This document shows, one piece after another, positions 57,815 to 64,000 of a stretch of DNA of 64,000 nucleotides. Under the pieces are notes generated by a model that was not told the DNA's origin, made no database searches, and saw only the letters and a list, made by a program, of their open reading frames with translations. The DNA lies in assembly GCA_965649825.1 (NCBI GenBank), contig OZ287710.1, positions 310,001 through 374,000 of the forward strand, in the 5' to 3' direction. Source of the DNA: Penicillus capitatus. Lineage: Eukaryota; Plantae; Chlorophyta. Numbering within the stretch: the first letter of the stretch is position 1; every line of letters starts with the position of its first letter. Made by a program: the position numbers and the translations under genes.

Positions 57815-60800
57815 TTACTCGCTCTCGACAAACCCATTTGCGATCAGATGTGTTGTGGCGTGTTCGAGAAAATCTGGATTGCTGAACATCTTAGGAGTGA
57901 GGAGGAAGGTCTGTGGCATAGTGCCTTTTCCGACATAGCTTGCCAAAATATTCATCACACGTCGTTCGTTCTCTTCATCCATTCCATGGTTAATCTCATC
58001 CATAACACGGAAAGGGATGTGACTGACAGCCTGCGAAGAGAAAAGCCGCTCTTAGTCGTATGCCAATATTCCTTCCTGTCTGCACTTGAAGGGACAGCAG
58101 GTAAAGCGTTGTTGCGACGACGCGTTCTCCTCCGGATTGTCTCATAGAATCCAGCACTTTGAGCGGCTCCTCTGCTCGAAACTTCACTCTGCAACATAGA
58201 AATGATGATAGGTATGTGAAGAGTGCCTTGATGCATGCGAGGCACTTGATTTCGAGAGCATAGTTCTGAAATTCGTGTCCGTGTGTTTCTTCCCCAGAGA
58301 GCTCCACTTGACCAATACACCTAGAGTTTGTTGCAGCCAGACCACAACCTTGTGCGTAATCTCACCCAATCGCTAAGAAACTGTCCATGAATGCTTCGTT
58401 TACTTTCAGAATCGATTTCTGTAAATCATGAAGCCAGGGTGCCTATAATCCAACAGATGCATTCTCCAATAGCCTCGCGTCGAGAAACGCACTGGCATAC
58501 CTTGAGATCATCGATCTCTGATTTTTTCTGTACGTAGAGTGCCTTGTTAGCTTCTAACTCCAACTTCAGAGTAGTTACTTCAGCTTGCAGCTGATCATAC
58601 GATGCCAGTGCATCGGGGTTGTTACACGTCATTGTTCTAGCTTTGTATCTCTTTTCGCTTGCCATGTCTTCCAATTCCTCTTTGTCTGTTGGCAGCAATT
58701 CAAGTGCAGAACTCCACTCTTCGATTTCAGGAAACCTCTCTTTCAGTTTCTCTTCGGAATCTCTGCCAGACAACTGTTGCGGAGAAGAGATCATCTATCT
58801 TTGGTAGTTACCGCAGGCACTGGCGATCCACTTTCACAACATCATTCAATTGAGCGACGAGACGTTTCTGTTCGTCCACTTTTTGACTCATCGTATCCGT
58901 CCTTGTCTCTATTGCCTCACACTGTGTCCGTGCACATCATTGCTAAGGCAACTGGATAGGATATGGCATACACACCTGTTTCTCTGCTTCGATCGACTTT
59001 AGCTGCTTGCAACAAAGGCCCCCGTGAAGCCTGCATTGTTCAGAAAGGCTCTGACGCATTTCCCTGATCTAATCGACAAGGGCACACATATTCTTACCAG
59101 ATCTTCGAGCTGCAAGTGCCTACGGTTAGCATCATGCCATTCTGAAGAGATTGTATCTCGTCCTTTCTCTCAGTCTCCATTTGCAGTGGATCAGGCAAAG
59201 ATTGCATGCGGTCGAGTTCTTTCTGGGTCTCTTGAAGTTGACGTGTGGACATCATGCGCCTGAACACGATGAGCATGCATTCTCAAGAGACACAAATACT
59301 CGCTACCTCCTTTCTAAGTCCTTCTTTTCGTTGGCAAGTTCGTCAAAGCGGCGCTTAGCTTCCAAATAGCTATCGCGAAGTGCTTCCTGTTCTTCTTTCT
59401 TCTTCTCTTCATCCTCTTTTGCCTTTTCGCACTCCTAAGGAAATGCCTCTGTCGTCATTCGAACTGCTCCAGTATCTGGCTTGTACTTTGCCGAGTTGCA
59501 GTATCTGTTTCTCAAGATCTGACCTTTCGTCTGCGATGGCAGGACTCTGACCCAAAAGACGCGACTCTCGAATTTCGGTTGTTCCCACGGAGATCGCAGT
59601 TGAATACCGCGACTTGGTGAGAGTATAGCACCGTCGTGGAGTGTACAATTTGCTGATGGTTCGATCGGCATCGAACAATGCAGATACATGTTTGCTGGCC
59701 TCCCTATAAACATCAATCCTCATTTTGATGCACCTATACATGAGCGTATCACGCACTCTGTGCCGACAAACGTGCGACTCAGATTGCATTCACCGTCCAG
59801 CACTTCTTTCACAATAGTCGGAGCTTCAAAAAGATCTTTTAGGCATCCAGTAACGCCGTACCTATGACATGCACACTTCATCAAAAATCCATAGCAGATC
59901 TGACATACTGAGAAAGCAACGGCCGACGTCGGTCTTCTGAACAAGAATCACGGCCTTCTGCTGATGAGCCAAAATTGATGACATTGAGTTCCCTTATTAA
60001 CTGAAGCGATCTCAATACTTCCAAGTCAGCATCGCACTGGACGATGAACAGAGTCCAGGTCGCCAAAGGCACTTGATTCTCCAAGTAATTCGCAATCATT
60101 GGATCCCTCACTGCCACCTCTGTGATGACGGGACCGATGACAGGCATCCGAAATCGATCCGTGTGCTGCTTCAAAGCTTCGTGTGCTTGAAGAAGACCTC
60201 TGAACAGAGGGCGTTGTTTCTCAAGAGATTGCACCAGTCTGATATTGATGTTGTCTAGTCTGTCGATCTGAGCTATCATGCAGACATCGATGGTCGTACA
60301 TTAGTCAGGTGCGTGAGGTGACACCTTGAACTTGTCTTCCTGTATGTATGAGGCGCGACTGTTGTTGTCTCAGACCTTCGATCTCTCGTTGCACGCCCTG
60401 CATCTATTTATGCACCTCTTGTCTGTGACATCAATGATTCTGGCATGTAATGGATGTTACTTTTTCCTGACAGTCTTTGCATTTTGCGCCCATTTCTTTA
60501 CTCAGTGTCTCTTTATCTTCAGGGAAGCCTGGATCATTGCGGATCCTTTCTTCAATTTCCGTCGCTCTTTCTTTCAGAGCTTCGATCTTCTCTTCCTGTC
60601 TGATGCTCTCTGCTGATAAATCTTGAAGCTCCATAATCTTATCGTCAATCAGATCTTCCTACAACATGCCAGCCACACCATAAACATCAAATTCCCAGAT
60701 AGACGTATTCCAGAGCACCTTCTTCGAATTTCTGTCGCTGAGTTCGATATTTGAGCTTTCTTTCTGCGCGATCATTCCTCTTGCTCTGTCACATTCCAGT

Positions 60801-62173
60801 CGGAACTGGTCTCTTGTTTTTCTCGATGCACTGAATCGCACAGTTCACCACCAGACGAGAGCGTCGATACGCACTCACATAAGCTGTTCGGACAGAGTTC
60901 TAAGTTGCCGCTGTTTGCTCCTGATATCCGTCTCTCCGGCACGCGCATGATCAGTGGATGTCTTTAAATCGCTCTTCTTCTCCTCAATAGATAGGATAAG
61001 CAGCTTTGCATCAACTTGGTTAGCCTGGACAGAGAGCAAATGAACGTCCGATGCATACAAAGGAACACGATGCCTCTTTGATCAACTCGATGACCTGCCG
61101 AATGCGTTCGACATCTGTTTGCAGCCCTTTCATCAGCCCAGTTGCCCTCTTCAGATCGTTCTCCAGATTTCGAGTTCTCTGCAAGCATACTCCTGTTGTG
61201 CACATGGATACCACATTGTTGGCGAATACCTGATTTGTGGCTGTCAGTTTCTTCGACAGTGTCACGAGAGCTTGATGAGTTTTTTGAAGTTCCGGATTCA
61301 CAGCCCTCTCTGTCTCTTCCAACAAGCGAATGGGCGACAGAGAAGCAAACTCGGACACTCTGTCCTGAGGCATGAACTGATACAGAAGCAGGCACAGATC
61401 CGACATCCTTCTAAACAATAATCGATTCACCATACTTGCAGGAGATTGTCCAGTTGAATATTCATCGATTTCACAAATTCCTCAATGTCTTTCAAAGCAG
61501 TTGGGCACCCTGTCATAAGAGGGAATGCAGATGGGACAGCCACAATGTTTGTATGGACCATTCAGATTCCATTCGGAGGCTTCTTTGTTTGCATGAAGAA
61601 TCCTCTTAATCGAATAACTTGGACGTCCTTCTCCCCCACTCAATTGTATCTCGATGAATGCCTTTTCCTCTCCACGGCGCACGAATTCAGAAAGACGCGT
61701 CTGTCTGGCGAGGAGCTATTATCCAACAGCAACACAGAATCGGCAACGATGATGCTGCATGCATGGTCGACTTGCCGTGGGCTTTCCACCGAGACCAAGG
61801 CAGAGAGCGCAGACCAAAGAACTTTTCCCTGTACCTGTGGATTGCAGAAATCCAATGGCAATTGGAGATGAATCTGCAGATAGCTTTACCATTAGGAGCT
61901 AAGAAGACGTTCAGTTCCGGATCCAGATCGACGGAAGCCGAAGCGAAGGTCTGAGGAGACGGCGTCAAATAAGGACAAGAGGATCGACAGCGTTACCATA
62001 AAATTCTGGACGGTAAGGCGCCGGATGGTTCCGCGAGTGAAAGCACGCCTAATAACAATGACAGAGAAACCTGTCTGGTCGTGGTCGTTCTTCTTACATT
62101 CTGTTCCCGTCTCGTGACTCGGAGTATCGCTTTTTGAGTAGACGTTTATTTCCACTCTGCGAATAACTTGCAT
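57815..62173 (-). CDS. SMC5: Structural maintenance of chromosomes protein 5
   Basis: RGTIRRLTVQNFM, LNVFLAPNG, FMPQDRVSEFASLSPIRLLEETERAV, long coiled coils, QSGGERVVATTLYLLSLQ and DEINHGMDEENER..QTFLLTPK. Confidence 0.93.
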
Positions 62174-62979
62174 CCTGCCGATGAGAGCTGCTCATGTTAA
62201 TGGTCACAGCAGCAATCACTTTCGGCGATCTATCTGCGACCGGAAGCATTAACGGCATCATTGCTGCAAGTAACGGAAGGATCGACCGGACAACGGAATT
62301 CTGTCTATGGAGAGAGACCCTCCTTTGATATCAAACGACAGTCGCGGTACCTTTATAGCGCGTCGTTGTCTTACAATGCACATAGAAGATCAGAGGCTTC
62401 CGATGCTGTGTCTCCTCATTCAATGAGCTCAGATCTGTTTAAGGATTCTCCTCTTTAATGCGTAGCTCAACATACAGCTCGCCACTATCCAAAGACAAGA
62501 AGATCGTCAGAACTATGGAACGATCAGCGATGATGGATTAACAGAGAGGCAACAAAGGTATAAGAAGTCACACATCAGTTACATATGCTGGCGTTAAGTC
62601 ACACTTTCATACCATCAATTGTCTGTTTCGCCAAAAGCATGCTGAATGTCTCAAGTCGTTCTTGTCGTGGAAACAGATGCGTTATTAAAAGATTATCTGA
62701 CGTTCTCTCTCAACAAAGGACATGAGATGTGTTGTGCCAATAAACAGCAACGGTTACATGGGTCTTGGTAATGGAACGATGACTTGCACCACCATGTCAC
62801 AGAAGTCCAAGCGGCAAACACTGCACATTCACAAGAATCGCACAGTGGCATTTGCGTCATACGTCAACCCAGAATTGCTGCACAATATAGATCACGTCCA
62901 ACTCAGGCCCTTTGGACTTATTGCGAATGTATCAAAGCGGAACACGCAACTTTATTGCGAAGAATGAAATGCCACCCTG

Positions 62980-64000
62980 TTACCTACCCAGAACCGTCCA
63001 GTCATATGCATAGCCTTTTCCCAGTGATGGGATGCATGAAGCGAAGGATTCTTGAATGCCAGTATCCATTGAGACGAGTTCGTCATAGTAATTCCACGGC
63101 TTGATAAAGAATTGAGAACCAAAGTTCGAGATGAGAGGAACATCTTCTGCTCGAGGGATATGGATGAGTCCCATCATGACCCAGGCCACCAAGTCCTCTT
63201 CGATAATTTCCTCACCTACGGACTCGGAATCAATGGATCCATGAGATCTCGTGTAGCAGCGTTACCATTCAGATAGTCATCCAATGATGCTATCGGTTTT
63301 GCTGGAGCTACCATGTCATACACTGCTTCATGGGCGAACAATTCTGCCTCTTTCCTGCATCACCGAATCAAAGTGGGATAGAGGAGCGATTTACAAAGGA
63401 GACGATACCTTTGGGCAACAGCCAGATGGTACTTTGTCCACGCTGCTGCTTTGGTGAAAGGATGTGTATCGGGTAGCAATTGTCTGGCAGTCATACCGTG
63501 CATAATAGCATACCCCCTCGGTTCTCCCCACCTAAGACAGGCATTCATGCTTTGAGCATTAGAGCAGAACGTGTGGATGGCATACGGATTGGTGAATTTT
63601 TCATTCACGAACGTGTGGACAACGGTACCGGGATCACGAATCAAAAACCCAAATTCTTTCTCCAATCGCTGTCGCTCGATATATTTAACGATGGATGCAC
63701 TGTGCCATGGTGGTGGAGAAGATCCTGTCCGTTCGGCGCTTTTCAGAGCGTCTTCCCAGGTGCCGACCTTTACTGACTGCAAACACAACCTATTACGGCG
63801 GACCTTTCTAAGGAAGATGTAAACCTGCCGGCGCACACTGTTCTCTGTTCCCAGTATATCCAAATCGACCTTCCAACCCGAAAGATGATCATGTAGTGTG
63901 GCCGTGGTATGTCTGAGAGTAAAGGAGAGTCATCACATCGTCGATCAACTGAAATCTATTTCACTTGTGAACACGTGTCCCAAATGGCATGTCGTTGGAA
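62980..64000 (-). CDS. Copper-containing amine oxidase, 3' part (runs off the right edge)
   Basis: TLHDHLSGWKVDLDILGTENS (HxH Cu ligands), WGEPRGYAI, AAAWTKYHLAV and DLVAWVMMGLIHIPRAEDVP..FFIKPWNYYDE (third Cu His). The TPQ motif would lie beyond the window. Confidence 0.9.

Noticed and set aside
1-64000. Non-standard genetic code (TAA/TAG = Gln, as in some ulvophytes)
   Set aside because: Long exons use CAA/CAG for Gln, and TAA/TAG fall at expected C-termini or in introns.
33576-64000. Copper gene cluster (HMA5 + CuAO)
   Set aside because: About 26 kb apart with unrelated housekeeping genes between; no evidence of linkage.
1-64000. CRISPR arrays, rRNA, telomeric repeats, non-canonical splice sites
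   Set aside because: None seen. The only tandem repeat of note is coding (32839-33000), and the introns I traced were GT-AG.

Overview
Gene-dense eukaryotic nuclear DNA (about 50% GC, standard code, many GT-AG introns of about 35-80 nt), so most ORF-track entries are exon pieces or antisense shadows. A nuclear plastid sulfate-binding protein, the FTR variable chain, SKL1 and DUF4079 point to a chlorophyte green alga (inference; species not determinable). I reconstructed about 30 spliced genes by hand: AAE19/AASDH-like, NDUFAF1, DUF3754, a LOV-like PAS protein, a Q-rich orphan, SPT4, a giant redox fusion, Der/EngA, a sarcosine-oxidase-like gene, a GUP1-like MBOAT, DUF4079, a PAN/apple protein, two Cys/Pro-rich secreted paralogs, MED8, an HMA5-type Cu-ATPase, SPX, IMPDH, a nucleotide-sugar transporter, an FBXO9-like F-box, SBP, MCM10, UBA2/SAE2, FTR-V, a Venus-flytrap/Cys-rich/multi-TM receptor, SKL1, a CRAL-TRIO protein, SMC5 and a copper amine oxidase. 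The standout is 9604-16006, which I can splice into one frame: signal peptide - animal-type heme peroxidase - 3x heme DOMON - cytochrome b561 - cytochrome b5 - FAD/NADH b5-reductase. This is a predicted single-chain electron wire from cytosolic NADH to an external peroxidase, a DUOX-like layout built from unrelated parts. Also notable: an accessory island at about 22.2-30.5 kb holding Ty3/gypsy debris and broken host-gene fragments (type I PKS KS, DLAT, DRC1), head-to-head gene pairs with ATGs only about 40-70 bp apart, and a 4-nt stop-to-start gap that suggests a bicistronic mRNA. All exon structures are manual reconstructions, coordinates may be off by a few nt, and no database searches were run.
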